Positions 48,701-56,896 of a DNA stretch of 64,000 nt are shown piece by piece (position 1 is the first letter of the stretch; each line of letters starts with the position of its first letter). A model generated the notes under the pieces. That model was not told the DNA's origin and did not search any database. It saw only the letters and a program-made list of their open reading frames with translations. The stretch is from a virus (taxonomy: Duplodnaviria; Caudoviricetes). The stretch lies in the IMG/VR virus record IMGVR_UViG_3300014203_000012, positions 96,001-160,000 of that record; one strand, 5' to 3'. Both the position numbers and the translations under genes were made by a program.

Positions 48701-50922
48701 TAGAATTTGCAAAGATCGTAGAAGGTATAAAGCCAGATAAAAGATTAAGTTATACGACTGCTAGTATTCTTAACACTGATATTCCTATTATAGTTGTTAT
48801 GGCATATAGTGAAGGCTTACAAACTGCTATGAAAAAAGGTAATGTAACATTCCAATTTACCGATAAACGACCAGACTCGAATACGCCATCTATTAAATTC
48901 TCAGATGGGTATATAACCTACGATACCAGTATAAGTAGTTCTCTTTTAATGGCTGGTCTTTTGCAATGTGACACGGCTAGTTATTCTATTAAGGATATCA
49001 ATAAAAAAGAAATGTGGCTTGATTTCTTAGATAACTTTGGTGGAAGAATAAAAGCAGATGGGATGGATAACTTCTATGATTTGATGATGGACCCAATGAC
49101 TAAAGAAATATGCGAGTTATATAATCTACCATCAGACTATGTAGAAGCTTTAGGCTATGCTAGTGATCTATTAGTAGATACAAAATTCAATAGGCATGTA
49201 GATATAACTGGTAATAGAATAAGAACCAATGAAATAGTTGCTGGGTATGTATATAAAGCATTATCTAAAAGCTATGGCGAATACAAAAATCAGTTAAAGA
49301 GAAATAAGAAAGATGCTTCTCTTACTATAAAACAATCTGCGGTTATAGATGCTATTTTAACAGATCCTACGTCAACAGATTTATCTATTTTAAATGCACT
49401 GCTTGAAGTGGAATCTGCTAATGCTATGTCGTTTAAAGGCTTATCTGGTATGAACTCAGATAGAAGTTATAGTTTGGATAAAAGAACGTATGATGAATCT
49501 ATGCTTGGAGTGTTAGCTTCTTCAACAGGATTTGCTGCAAATGTTGGTATTACTAGACAGGCTTCTATAAATAGTAATGTAAAAGGAAATAGGGGATTGA
49601 TATCTACCCCTAAAACTAAAGATGCAAATACATTAAATATGTTGTGCGCTACAGAGGCTTTAACTCCTTTTGGATCTACACATGACGATCCTATTAGAAC
49701 AGCAATGGCTTTTGTTCAAACTTCTAAGCATCAAATGCGGGTAAAGAAATCTTCCCCTAATCTTGTAACTATGGGAATGGATGAGGCTTTACCGTATATT
49801 ACTTCAGATACTTTCTCTCATAAATTCAAAGGTAAAAAGGGTAAGGTAATAGAAGTTACTGATGACTATCTTATATTTGAAGAAACCGGAGATGCTGTTA
49901 GGAGTGATGGAGTTACATCTAGAGGATATGTAGATCTGAGAGAAACTGTTATGAAGAACTCAGATGGTGGATTTTATGTAACAGTTAAGCTTGATCCTTG
50001 TGTTAAGAAGGGCGATACATTGAAATATAACGATATCCTTGCATATGATAAAACTTCATACTCTAAAGCTATTGGTACAGATAAGACTGAGAAGATAATA
50101 TCTTATAATATTGGCACTTTGGCTAAACTTGGAATCCTCACAACTGATGAGGCTTATGAAGATAGTGCTATTATTGTAGATTCCTTAGCTGATTCGTTGA
50201 CTACGACTTATTGTGTTAAAAAAGAAAGAGCTTTATCTAAAGATACAAATGTATATAATGTAGCTAAGAAGGGCGATACTATAGAAGAGGGAGATCCTCT
50301 AATCATATTCCAAAATGCGTTTGAAGAGAAAGATGCTAATGCTTTACTCAAATCTATAACAGATGATGATGTGGAAGCTATATCTGACTTAGGACGTATA
50401 CATGTGAGATCTAAATTAACTGGCTGGGTTCAGGATGTTAAAATCTATCGTACTTGTGAACTAGACGAGTTATCCCCATCATTAAAGAAACTAGTTAGTT
50501 TTTATGAAAAACAAATTCAAACTAATAAGAAGCTATTTAAAGATAATAAGATTGAAGGTGCTAACTATTTACTAGAACCGGATTATAAGTTACCTTCCAC
50601 TGGTAAGCTTAAAGGTGTAGATACTGGAGTTCTAATCGAATTCTATATCAAGTGTGAAGATAAAATGGGTATTGGTGATAAACTTGTATATAGCTCAGCA
50701 ATCAAGGGTGTAGTAAAAGATATTATACCTATAGGTGAAGAACCATATACAGATTTTCATAAAGATGAACAAGTAGATGCGTTATTAACTACATTATCTA
50801 TCAATGCTCGTATGGTTGGATCTATAATCTTGAATGGATCTTTAAATAAAGTTCTTGTAGAGTTGGATAGACAATGTAAAGAAAAACTAGGGATTCCGTG
50901 GAAAAATTTAAAAGATATGTAA
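45772..50922 (+). CDS. Multisubunit RNA polymerase beta-like subunit (probable virion RNAP) with a long N-terminal extension containing an ART-like domain
   Basis: RpoB-like motifs: SFKGLSG, STGFAANVGI, LTPFGSTHDDPIRTAM, AYEDSAII, GIGDKL...KGVV, DALLTTLSINARM. It ends soon after the last motif, so the subunit is split. The late promoter and processing-like sites suggest the virion enzyme. Confidence 0.85.
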   Translation: MSVYLDDIKPLRLTKTEFFLPINEEDKKKNSAIFLLTPNLESSINMMKHPLALNRRLFESYYIEKDIAFILNESRQLVVGEDIIPVEYNPLNPMNSIKMHHKKYHKSIVKPVEMIKEGLVPKLTFYHGTSLKLNSLHPTSPMLGNKLEDAKWATYLWRDKTKARYFAIQKTCRNILRKEDKDKNYMKPAYDIASGKSFLLEKDWDCVKDMVVGNVAYVYTTEVPANKIGFGHCSSIAEFTTDIELPLLKTERIYITSAIFDEAFIKVGESELKDRTANVLNTASRGILKYIMHDQDEIFKKEMIIKKKLKNKEISPGDNLNIILDNLEEQAILSEAVEQIVVEDYDRPRGEYSINEDFVHTNYEHEEYKIFFGDAVQSILEDENPKSKLYSSAMRKLLYSERIKNQKECVLIHDKVKTDLTFIKYTYINYALYKQKNLFIDWSYYTQTFFKNNIYKMDRAVDLYFEFITRFLDDARLDDNGYVKKTVFVPVQDWIKTDIVAWDYTKDINPISVIYRLLKRKSTLLKEKWGGYNFVFLSNNAYFKLDFNDFDDKGLPLFTMLVSKLSTGQTQDAEFEKNDSPKAILHKIIDNIEDGGIEISNLTGGTSKLSPEDIKKKLDMGGSDNIADDKRPKEEVEDEKKAKLVTHIKDTAEKSTDEKNAMENLNSDIDSEWVKNLITDLQSEDGPNMNIARKARISSLRSDFANKKLNNTKIEDIIYQNKRMTELETDVIPIKNINEEWNDVKFTTFSKNYNLDSDIYAILADMGTKSDPIMVIDVDRVDTSTSEDYVETWSVKFEDANGKRFTTKLDIPKFVNNRFMKLRGNLKVVSGQLVLLPIIKTDEDTAQIVSSYNKIFVRRVNPSGGSKTTRSVSKLIKALSKYEGTKIKVFEGDNSFVCEKYDLPIEYRDLAGMYSKIVLSDGSYYCFNMDDIKTLPLEYPKEDSSRIPFYVNAKGKVETCADDPANIILDRLCFDDIEFAKIVEGIKPDKRLSYTTASILNTDIPIIVVMAYSEGLQTAMKKGNVTFQFTDKRPDSNTPSIKFSDGYITYDTSISSSLLMAGLLQCDTASYSIKDINKKEMWLDFLDNFGGRIKADGMDNFYDLMMDPMTKEICELYNLPSDYVEALGYASDLLVDTKFNRHVDITGNRIRTNEIVAGYVYKALSKSYGEYKNQLKRNKKDASLTIKQSAVIDAILTDPTSTDLSILNALLEVESANAMSFKGLSGMNSDRSYSLDKRTYDESMLGVLASSTGFAANVGITRQASINSNVKGNRGLISTPKTKDANTLNMLCATEALTPFGSTHDDPIRTAMAFVQTSKHQMRVKKSSPNLVTMGMDEALPYITSDTFSHKFKGKKGKVIEVTDDYLIFEETGDAVRSDGVTSRGYVDLRETVMKNSDGGFYVTVKLDPCVKKGDTLKYNDILAYDKTSYSKAIGTDKTEKIISYNIGTLAKLGILTTDEAYEDSAIIVDSLADSLTTTYCVKKERALSKDTNVYNVAKKGDTIEEGDPLIIFQNAFEEKDANALLKSITDDDVEAISDLGRIHVRSKLTGWVQDVKIYRTCELDELSPSLKKLVSFYEKQIQTNKKLFKDNKIEGANYLLEPDYKLPSTGKLKGVDTGVLIEFYIKCEDKMGIGDKLVYSSAIKGVVKDIIPIGEEPYTDFHKDEQVDALLTTLSINARMVGSIILNGSLNKVLVELDRQCKEKLGIPWKNLKDM

Positions 50923-50931
50923 AAAATAAAT

Positions 50932-50960
50932 TAGAGGTATAGCATTATGCTATACCTCTA
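50932..50960. terminator. Bidirectional terminator
   Basis: TAGAGGTATAGCA-tta-TGCTATACCTCTA. Confidence 0.8.
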
Positions 50961-51675
50961 CTACTGGTTTTATAAATATAATTAAACTTGGTATATCGTC
51001 ATCTTCATAATTGGCGGTGGATAAAACTAATGTAAATGGGTATAATATATTAAATATTTCAATAAACGTTCCAGTATCACTATTTAATATATTATGACGT
51101 TTAATAATAAATTCTGTATCAGTGATATCATTGATAAAAAGTACAGTTTCGAATCTAGTAAAATCTTTCTCTATAAAATCTAAATTAAAACTTAGTTCTA
51201 ATAGAGTTGTATAAAACTTAGCTAATGATATTTTCACATATGGAGTTTTAATTAACGTTTTAGCTTTTTCCATTATAGCTTCTATATAAGATATATCAAA
51301 ATCTCCATTTATTTCATCTGAGATAGCGTCATAATTTTGTAATATATATGACGTGCTAAAAAGATTTGCTTGAGCTTCTATATCATCATTATAACTAACT
51401 TCTTTCAATTTATAATCTATCACTTGATCTATGTGTGCTAACTCATGGGCAATTACTAATATAATTGATACTTCTACACCTCCTCTATATTGTTGCATTA
51501 TATCAGATATACATATTTCTACTATGCCATTATGTGTATTACCGGCAAAATTAATCATTTTATCACTTTGGAGTATTCGTAAAGAAGTTGTCTTTACGAC
51601 ACTATTGATTTTACCATTTAAATAATTAAATATTTTGTGTGCAAAATCTTCATAATACTTCATATCTTTTTCCAT
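50950..51675 (-). CDS. HExxH metallopeptidase-like early protein (ImmA/IrrE-like)
   Basis: IAHELAH...IEAQAN. Start at ATG 51675 after GGTGG. Confidence 0.65.
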   Translation of the reverse strand: MEKDMKYYEDFAHKIFNYLNGKINSVVKTTSLRILQSDKMINFAGNTHNGIVEICISDIMQQYRGGVEVSIILVIAHELAHIDQVIDYKLKEVSYNDDIEAQANLFSTSYILQNYDAISDEINGDFDISYIEAIMEKAKTLIKTPYVKISLAKFYTTLLELSFNLDFIEKDFTRFETVLFINDITDTEFIIKRHNILNSDTGTFIEIFNILYPFTLVLSTANYEDDDIPSLIIFIKPVVEV

Positions 51676-51698
51676 AATATAACCACCTTTATTTTTAC

Positions 51699-51720
51699 TC
51701 ATCTATATAATATATAATCA
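51699..51720 (-). promoter_or_regulatory. Early-type promoter
   Basis: Minus-strand TGATTATATATTATATAGATGA. Confidence 0.7.
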
Positions 51721-51730
51721 AAAAATAAAT

Positions 51731-51753
51731 AGGTATATCATTATGATATACCT
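51731..51753 (-). terminator. Terminator hairpin
   Basis: AGGTATATCA-tta-TGATATACCT. Confidence 0.7.
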
Positions 51754-51760
51754 CTTTATT

Positions 51761-52198
51761 TTATTTAATATCTTTTAAATTAGGAACAATATTACCACTA
51801 CAATCCGGTTTTGGTATAGATATAGATATATTCTTTATGCCCTTTTTTAATTCTGAGAAAGGTATAGGCGTCATATCTATACCTTCAAATATATTTGGAA
51901 TTTGTTTATCCAATTTTAATATATTATCAAACACTTCAAGATCTTGTTCAGTAACTAGTTCTTCTATACTTAAACAATCACCATCATAATCTCCAGCTAG
52001 TTGGGGAAGCGGTTTGAATACTCTCCTATATTTATTTCTTAGATATTTTAATAGTCTTTTTCTTACCTTTTTATTCTTAGAAATATCAACCTTAGCATAG
52101 CTATCTAATAAGATATACATATTATTTAAAGTAACATATTTATCCCCGTAAGCTTCCATAACAGTTAATTGAGTTTTAACCAATTTCAATATAATCAT
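51761..52198 (-). CDS. Hypothetical protein containing an RNAP beta'-like LAGDYDGD motif
   Basis: GAGGGAG RBS before ATG 52198. Contains LPQLAGDYDGDCLSI. Confidence 0.6.
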   Translation of the reverse strand: MIILKLVKTQLTVMEAYGDKYVTLNNMYILLDSYAKVDISKNKKVRKRLLKYLRNKYRRVFKPLPQLAGDYDGDCLSIEELVTEQDLEVFDNILKLDKQIPNIFEGIDMTPIPFSELKKGIKNISISIPKPDCSGNIVPNLKDIK

Positions 52199-52210
52199 CT
52201 CCCTCAAATT

Positions 52211-52241
52211 TAAGAGGTGTAGTATAATACTACACCTCTTA
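52211..52241 (-). terminator. Hairpin
   Basis: TAAGAGGTGTAGTA-taa-TACTACACCTCTTA. Confidence 0.7.
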
Positions 52242-52244
52242 TAC

Positions 52245-52436
52245 TTATTCCCATATTAATAAAACAGATATTAATGTAACGTACCCAACTAGTGTACCGA
52301 ATGAGACTTTGGATATCGCGATCGTATCCTCTCTAGTCCAATTCTTTATTAAGTATCTAACCCCTAAAACCAAGGTTGTCCATATTATAGTTACGAAGTC
52401 CCTTATATCATAAAACATTGCTTCTACCAGGATCAT
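52245..52436 (-). CDS. Small membrane protein (early)
   Basis: 63 aa with two hydrophobic segments. AGGAG RBS. Confidence 0.6.
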   Translation of the reverse strand: MILVEAMFYDIRDFVTIIWTTLVLGVRYLIKNWTREDTIAISKVSFGTLVGYVTLISVLLIWE

Positions 52437-52471
52437 AGTAATCCACTCCTATATTAATATTTTAGTTATAT

Positions 52472-52536
52472 TCACTTCTATAATATATAATCAAATAGTT
52501 ATACTATTGCATTTTGATTATATATTATATAGATGA
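52472..52536. promoter_or_regulatory. Divergent pair of early-type promoters
   Basis: Minus-strand TGATTATATATTATAGAAGTGA (52472-52493) and plus-strand TGATTATATATTATATAGATGA (52515-52536). Confidence 0.7.
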
Positions 52537-52579
52537 GCAATAAACAATTGCATCTTATATTGAAGGTGGTAATTATATA

Positions 52580-53146
52580 ATGGAAAAAATCACAATAACT
52601 AAGAAAAATATTAATATTGTTGCATCAAAACTAAATTCGTTTTTCACTAAGGCAGATAAGGCTATACTGACGAATGGTACTTCTTGTTTAATAGACGATG
52701 GAGTTAAATTTATTATAACAAAAAAGACATTAACTGATGAAATTATATGCCCAAATGATATAGAGTTGAGGGAGAATGATAAATTTATAGGTATACCATT
52801 TTGTGTAATTGGTGGTGGTAAATTAAAAATTGAGTTACGTTTTGATACAATACTATATATTGATGATATGGAGTTAATATCTTATAATCAACTAACTGAA
52901 GCTATTAAGATAACATTGAGCGTAGAAAGACTTTATATTCCTGAGATAAAAAAGGATGATTCGGAATTGATTGCTGGTCTTAAGCAGGCTATAATTAATA
53001 AGGGTATTACGTTGGATGAGTATCGAGAATTATTTGAAAATGTACCTGGTTGTGAAACTATACTAGATCAATTGGATTTGACTATATCTGATTTGTTAAA
53101 TATTTGTAAAAAATTAAGATTAAGAATTTCTATAGGTAAAAGATAA
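52580..53146 (+). CDS. Early protein with a possible C-terminal HTH
   Basis: The C-terminus KGITLDEY...LTISDLLNICKKLRLRISI resembles an XRE-type HTH. Confidence 0.55.
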   Translation: MEKITITKKNINIVASKLNSFFTKADKAILTNGTSCLIDDGVKFIITKKTLTDEIICPNDIELRENDKFIGIPFCVIGGGKLKIELRFDTILYIDDMELISYNQLTEAIKITLSVERLYIPEIKKDDSELIAGLKQAIINKGITLDEYRELFENVPGCETILDQLDLTISDLLNICKKLRLRISIGKR

Positions 53147-53152
53147 AGTATG

Positions 53153-53175
53153 AAGGTAAGCATTGTGCTTACCTT
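53153..53175 (+). terminator. Terminator hairpin
   Basis: AAGGTAAGCA-ttg-TGCTTACCTT followed by a T tract. Confidence 0.8.
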
Positions 53176-53547
53176 TTTTATTTTTTATAATTAATACAGA
53201 TATAATAAAGTAAATTTATATTCAGATAATCAATTAAGATTATCTGAATATATCTATTTGAATGCGATTAGACCGTTAGCCCCTAATATAATTATCTATA
53301 AATATAGTATCTTTTATATATTACTTCTATTCTTTCTTATTTTTCCTCCCTTCTCCTATATTATTGTTATTGATTTAATAAAAGATTACATTTTAATATA
53401 TTTCTGAGATATTCCTATATACTAAATATAAAAAAGGCCCCAGTGTATATTTTACACTGGGTCAGAGAGTATATAGTGGGATTACTAATATGTATATATC
53501 AGTATTATTTTACACTAATATATATGATTATAAAAGACAAACCAGAG

Positions 53548-53647
53548 CCCTAGTGTGTTATGTCACACTAGGGATGATATATATATAGTATTTCGGGATA
53601 GAAACGCTAAGCTTCCTTCACCCCAAAGTAAGTGATACTTTTGTATC
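53548..53647 (-). ncRNA. Candidate structured small RNA B
   Basis: TACA-N6-TG promoter variant at 53647-53658. G:U-containing stem UUUGGGGUG...UAUCCCGAA that pairs well only on the minus strand. Ends at hairpin 53548-53573. Confidence 0.35.
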
Positions 53648-53659
53648 ACCTTTATGTAA

Positions 53660-53800
53660 CAAAATATATCCCAAGTAATCAATGATTACTTGGGATATAT
53701 TTAAAAATGTGTTGACTTGATGCGTGCGAATTCATCTAGCAGTTTATTAGTAGGGCAAACTAATAATACTAAGAGGACTAGTTGCTTGCATAACTAGTTT
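53660..53800 (-). ncRNA. Candidate structured small RNA A
   Basis: Perfect AACA-N6-TA at 53800-53811 pointing into DNA with no SD-led ORF. Hairpins at 53778-53798 and 53745-53767, and a terminator palindrome at 53662-53702. Confidence 0.4.
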
Positions 53801-53830
53801 ATCTTTATGTTCATCTAGTTTATTTTTTAA

Positions 53831-54538
53831 TTATTCGATTGAAAACTCCATAGCTTTTCTGATGATCTTATCACCAGAATCGAATAATATTACATAATTT
53901 AAATTTTTTGTGTCTTTAAACTCAACTGCCCATAATGGAACAGTAAACCCTTCCATTATGATTCTCTTAAGGTATCGTAAGAAATCATCTTGCTCATCAT
54001 TTGGTACTAACGTACCATTACACTCTATCTCAGAAATCTTTCCTTCAACTTCATAATCTTCGATGATTTTATTTACGATATCTAATTCATTGCTTACTTC
54101 AACTCCTACTTCTTCTGTCTTAGTTTGCTTAATAGCTTCAACCATGCTATCTTCTATAGTATCTGCATTATCATCGCAATATATAGCTTGATAGAAATCC
54201 ATTGCATTTACTTTAATTTCATTGATATTTGTTTTAGCTTTAAGATCTATTGTTGGTGTATTAAAAGCCTCTTCGATCGCAGACTTTTCCAATTCCATAA
54301 TATCTTCTAAAGTATCCTCATCTGTAACCTCTTTCATCTCACCATTCGATAATATAACTTGTACTTTACCACGAACTAAATACGTTGCAATCATAAGCTT
54401 ATCTAAACAAGTCTGATACGTTGCAACATTCTTTCCTTTACTGATACTATTGAGTGTAGAGATGAGATCAATGTTTACCTGAATACCTAACATTTCTGAA
54501 TAGTTATTTGGTTGTGGTGTTAAAAATACAAATACCAT
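53831..54538 (-). CDS. Acidic hypothetical protein
   Basis: 235 aa, GAGGAGG RBS. Confidence 0.7.
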   Translation of the reverse strand: MVFVFLTPQPNNYSEMLGIQVNIDLISTLNSISKGKNVATYQTCLDKLMIATYLVRGKVQVILSNGEMKEVTDEDTLEDIMELEKSAIEEAFNTPTIDLKAKTNINEIKVNAMDFYQAIYCDDNADTIEDSMVEAIKQTKTEEVGVEVSNELDIVNKIIEDYEVEGKISEIECNGTLVPNDEQDDFLRYLKRIIMEGFTVPLWAVEFKDTKNLNYVILFDSGDKIIRKAMEFSIE

Positions 54539-54539
54539 T

Positions 54540-55055
54540 TTATTCTTCCTCCTCTGGGTATAATTTTGTTAATACTTTAGATACCGCGTAATATGTAGAC
54601 TTAGTCATAATTTGTTTATAATATTCTTCATTATTTTCAAACCATTGAGCCGCATTAGTTTTAAATTTGTATCCCATTGCAATCCAATCTAGAATCATTT
54701 CAGCTATATATACTCGATCCATATTAAGTGGACGCATACCTTGTTTTTCTCGAAGAATCCAGAATTCCGGATGATGTTTATTAGTATTCATATGGTTTAA
54801 CCATCCAAGATTCATCTCATCTTCTGCTATCTCTAGATCTTCATCTTTAGCTGGGAAGAACTTTTTCCTATACCCGTCAAATTCTTCTAAAGAAAATTTA
54901 GATTTATCGTGGATACATACTAACCTAAATAACTCACCCTCTAATGATGGAGTTCCTAGTATCTCCAGTATTCGTGCCCCATATTCATTATACGCTTTCA
55001 TAACATTTTCAGTATGCTCCAAAATATATTTTACATATTGTTCGTCTTCTTTCAT
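54540..55055 (-). CDS. HD-like phosphohydrolase (DUF5662-like)
   Basis: H...HDKSKF...H...NKHHPEFW...EMILDW. Confidence 0.7.
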   Translation of the reverse strand: MKEDEQYVKYILEHTENVMKAYNEYGARILEILGTPSLEGELFRLVCIHDKSKFSLEEFDGYRKKFFPAKDEDLEIAEDEMNLGWLNHMNTNKHHPEFWILREKQGMRPLNMDRVYIAEMILDWIAMGYKFKTNAAQWFENNEEYYKQIMTKSTYYAVSKVLTKLYPEEEE

Positions 55056-55148
55056 AATATAACCTCCTATATTAGATTATTATATTGTAAACGAGTATAT
55101 TATTATACACATAATTAAACAAATATAAAATAAGAGAGGTGTTTATAA

Positions 55149-55685
55149 ATGGGTGCAAACGATCATTCTTTAGTTTTACTAAACGATGGCACAGTAAAAG
55201 CATTTGGGGATAATATCGAAGGTCAATTAGGTTTAGGTAATACTACTTCACCAATTACTAGTCCTGCACTAATATCTAGTCTAAGTAATGTAAAACAAAT
55301 AGGCTGTGGCGGTACTTATTCTTTAGTTTTACTAAACGATGGTACTGTAAAAGCATTTGGCTATAATACTAGTGGTCAATTAGGTTTAGGTAACGTAACC
55401 ACACCAATTACTAGTCCTACGTTAATACCTAGCCTAATTAACGTAAAACTGATAGCATGTGGTGGGGAGTATTCATTAGCATTACTAAGCGATGGTACAG
55501 TAAAGGGATTCGGTCAAAATACACATGCCCAATTAGGATTAGGTAATATCGTATCACCAAAGAGCACTCCTACACTAATACCTAATATAAATAACGCTGC
55601 ATTCTTATGGGATAATACATTATTTTCAATAACAAGATTTGTAATGTTCTTATCCGACGCCAAATCAATATATTCTAGTATATAA
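55149..55685 (+). CDS. RCC1-repeat protein with 3 repeats, paralog of 42472-43602
   Basis: Three RCC1 repeats with the same N-terminal register and the conserved C-terminal LWDN...F.MFL.D.KS.Y. Confidence 0.9.
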   Translation: MGANDHSLVLLNDGTVKAFGDNIEGQLGLGNTTSPITSPALISSLSNVKQIGCGGTYSLVLLNDGTVKAFGYNTSGQLGLGNVTTPITSPTLIPSLINVKLIACGGEYSLALLSDGTVKGFGQNTHAQLGLGNIVSPKSTPTLIPNINNAAFLWDNTLFSITRFVMFLSDAKSIYSSI

Positions 55686-55687
55686 AT

Positions 55688-55716
55688 ACAAGGCTACAGT
55701 AATACTGTAGCCTTGT
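55688..55716 (+). terminator. Terminator hairpin
   Basis: ACAAGGCTACAGTA-a-TACTGTAGCCTTGT. Confidence 0.75.
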
Positions 55717-55779
55717 CTCGTGTATAAATATATTAGATATACGACTATATAGTAATCTAAAGGGGGGGGGGTATATATT

Positions 55780-56445
55780 ATGAGTGGTAAGCTTATTGCG
55801 TTTGATGGGCTGGATTGTAGTTTCAAAGAAACTAATTCTAAGATGTATTTAGAATATTTATTACAGAAAGGCGAAAAGGCAGTATTGTATTCTTTTCCAA
55901 GATATAATATGGAGCAATCGGTTTTTGTGAGAGAATATTTAGCTGGTGCTTATGGTAAAAAGAATGAACTCGATACTACGGTAATATCCATGTTTTATAT
56001 GATGGATATGTTTGATTGTGCACAAAAGGAAATCATACCAAAACTAAAAGAAGGATATACTGTTGTTCTTGATAGATATTGGTACTGTAATCTATTTTAT
56101 CGTTTAGGTTTAGGTGGAGCTTATAGTGCAATAGTAAGCCATAATATCATATCACAAATTGAAAATCTTGCAAGAAAACTAGATCTACCGAAGGCTGATA
56201 TTGTAGTAAAACTCAAATCAGATCCCGACGTTATGCTTGATTTCATTCACAAAAAGAATTCCAAGGCAGATCAGCACGAGTCAGATGATAAATATTTATT
56301 AACTGTGGCTAAAGTGTTTGATGTAATAGATCTTAGTAAATATGTGACAGATCGGGTTGTGGATGTTTATACTACTAAAGATAAACAAATCCGCAATAAA
56401 GAAGATATCTTTAATGATATACTTGCTGGTATTAATCATGAATAA
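55780..56445 (+). CDS. tmk: Thymidylate (dNMP) kinase
   Basis: LIAFDGLDCSFKET P-loop, SFPRY, VVLDRY, LPKAD. Confidence 0.85.
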   Translation: MSGKLIAFDGLDCSFKETNSKMYLEYLLQKGEKAVLYSFPRYNMEQSVFVREYLAGAYGKKNELDTTVISMFYMMDMFDCAQKEIIPKLKEGYTVVLDRYWYCNLFYRLGLGGAYSAIVSHNIISQIENLARKLDLPKADIVVKLKSDPDVMLDFIHKKNSKADQHESDDKYLLTVAKVFDVIDLSKYVTDRVVDVYTTKDKQIRNKEDIFNDILAGINHE

Positions 56446-56896
56446 AGATGGGAAAAAGGTAATCGCTATACTTACAGACAGAAGCTTTTATGCACATAAT
56501 ATAGAAGTTCCTATCAATCATATATCCGATATACTTAAGGCTAATCATAAGGATACTATTTTTGTATATGGTATGAATAGCCGAGTTGATGATAGTGTAG
56601 AGAGATTTTGTGCTACATATAGAGTTCCGAAAGAGAATATGATTAAGTTCGAGTACAGTACGGACAATCCAACTATTGTATCAAAACAATTTGCTAATGT
56701 GATTACCTACAGTCCAGATAAGGTATATATTTTCAGAGATAATCCAAGTAGTGCCGATACTAATACTCTTATAAATAAATGCAAGCAGTATAATATACCA
56801 GTCGTTACTATAAATAGCCAGAACGAAGAGTGTATTATTGACAAACCGTTTGCTCATGATAATAAAATATATTATAAAAATAAAGGAGGATTTTAA
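56438..56896 (+). CDS. Degenerate SLOG/YspA (DUF2493-like) protein
   Basis: VIAILTDRSF...FVYGMNSRVD..VERFC...T..LI..C...NIPV parallels SLOG motifs. ATG 56438 overlaps the end of tmk. Confidence 0.45.
   Translation: MNKDGKKVIAILTDRSFYAHNIEVPINHISDILKANHKDTIFVYGMNSRVDDSVERFCATYRVPKENMIKFEYSTDNPTIVSKQFANVITYSPDKVYIFRDNPSSADTNTLINKCKQYNIPVVTINSQNEECIIDKPFAHDNKIYYKNKGGF

Noticed and set aside
53747-53791. A 14-codon minus-strand ORF, MQATSPLSIISLPY
   Set aside because: It has no SD sequence, lies within hairpins, and is compatible with chance.
53176-53830. A CRISPR array or tRNA cluster
   Set aside because: The hairpins differ in sequence, there is no repeat-spacer periodicity, and I see no cloverleaf or T-loop motif.
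42472-55685. A diversity-generating retroelement acting on the RCC1 genes
   Set aside because: There is no reverse transcriptase in the window and no template/variable repeat pair differing only at adenines.
55772-55781. TATATATTAT directly at the tmk start codon as an early promoter
   Set aside because: It lies between the RBS and the ATG and lacks the TGA at the conserved spacing, so it is probably AT-rich spacer.
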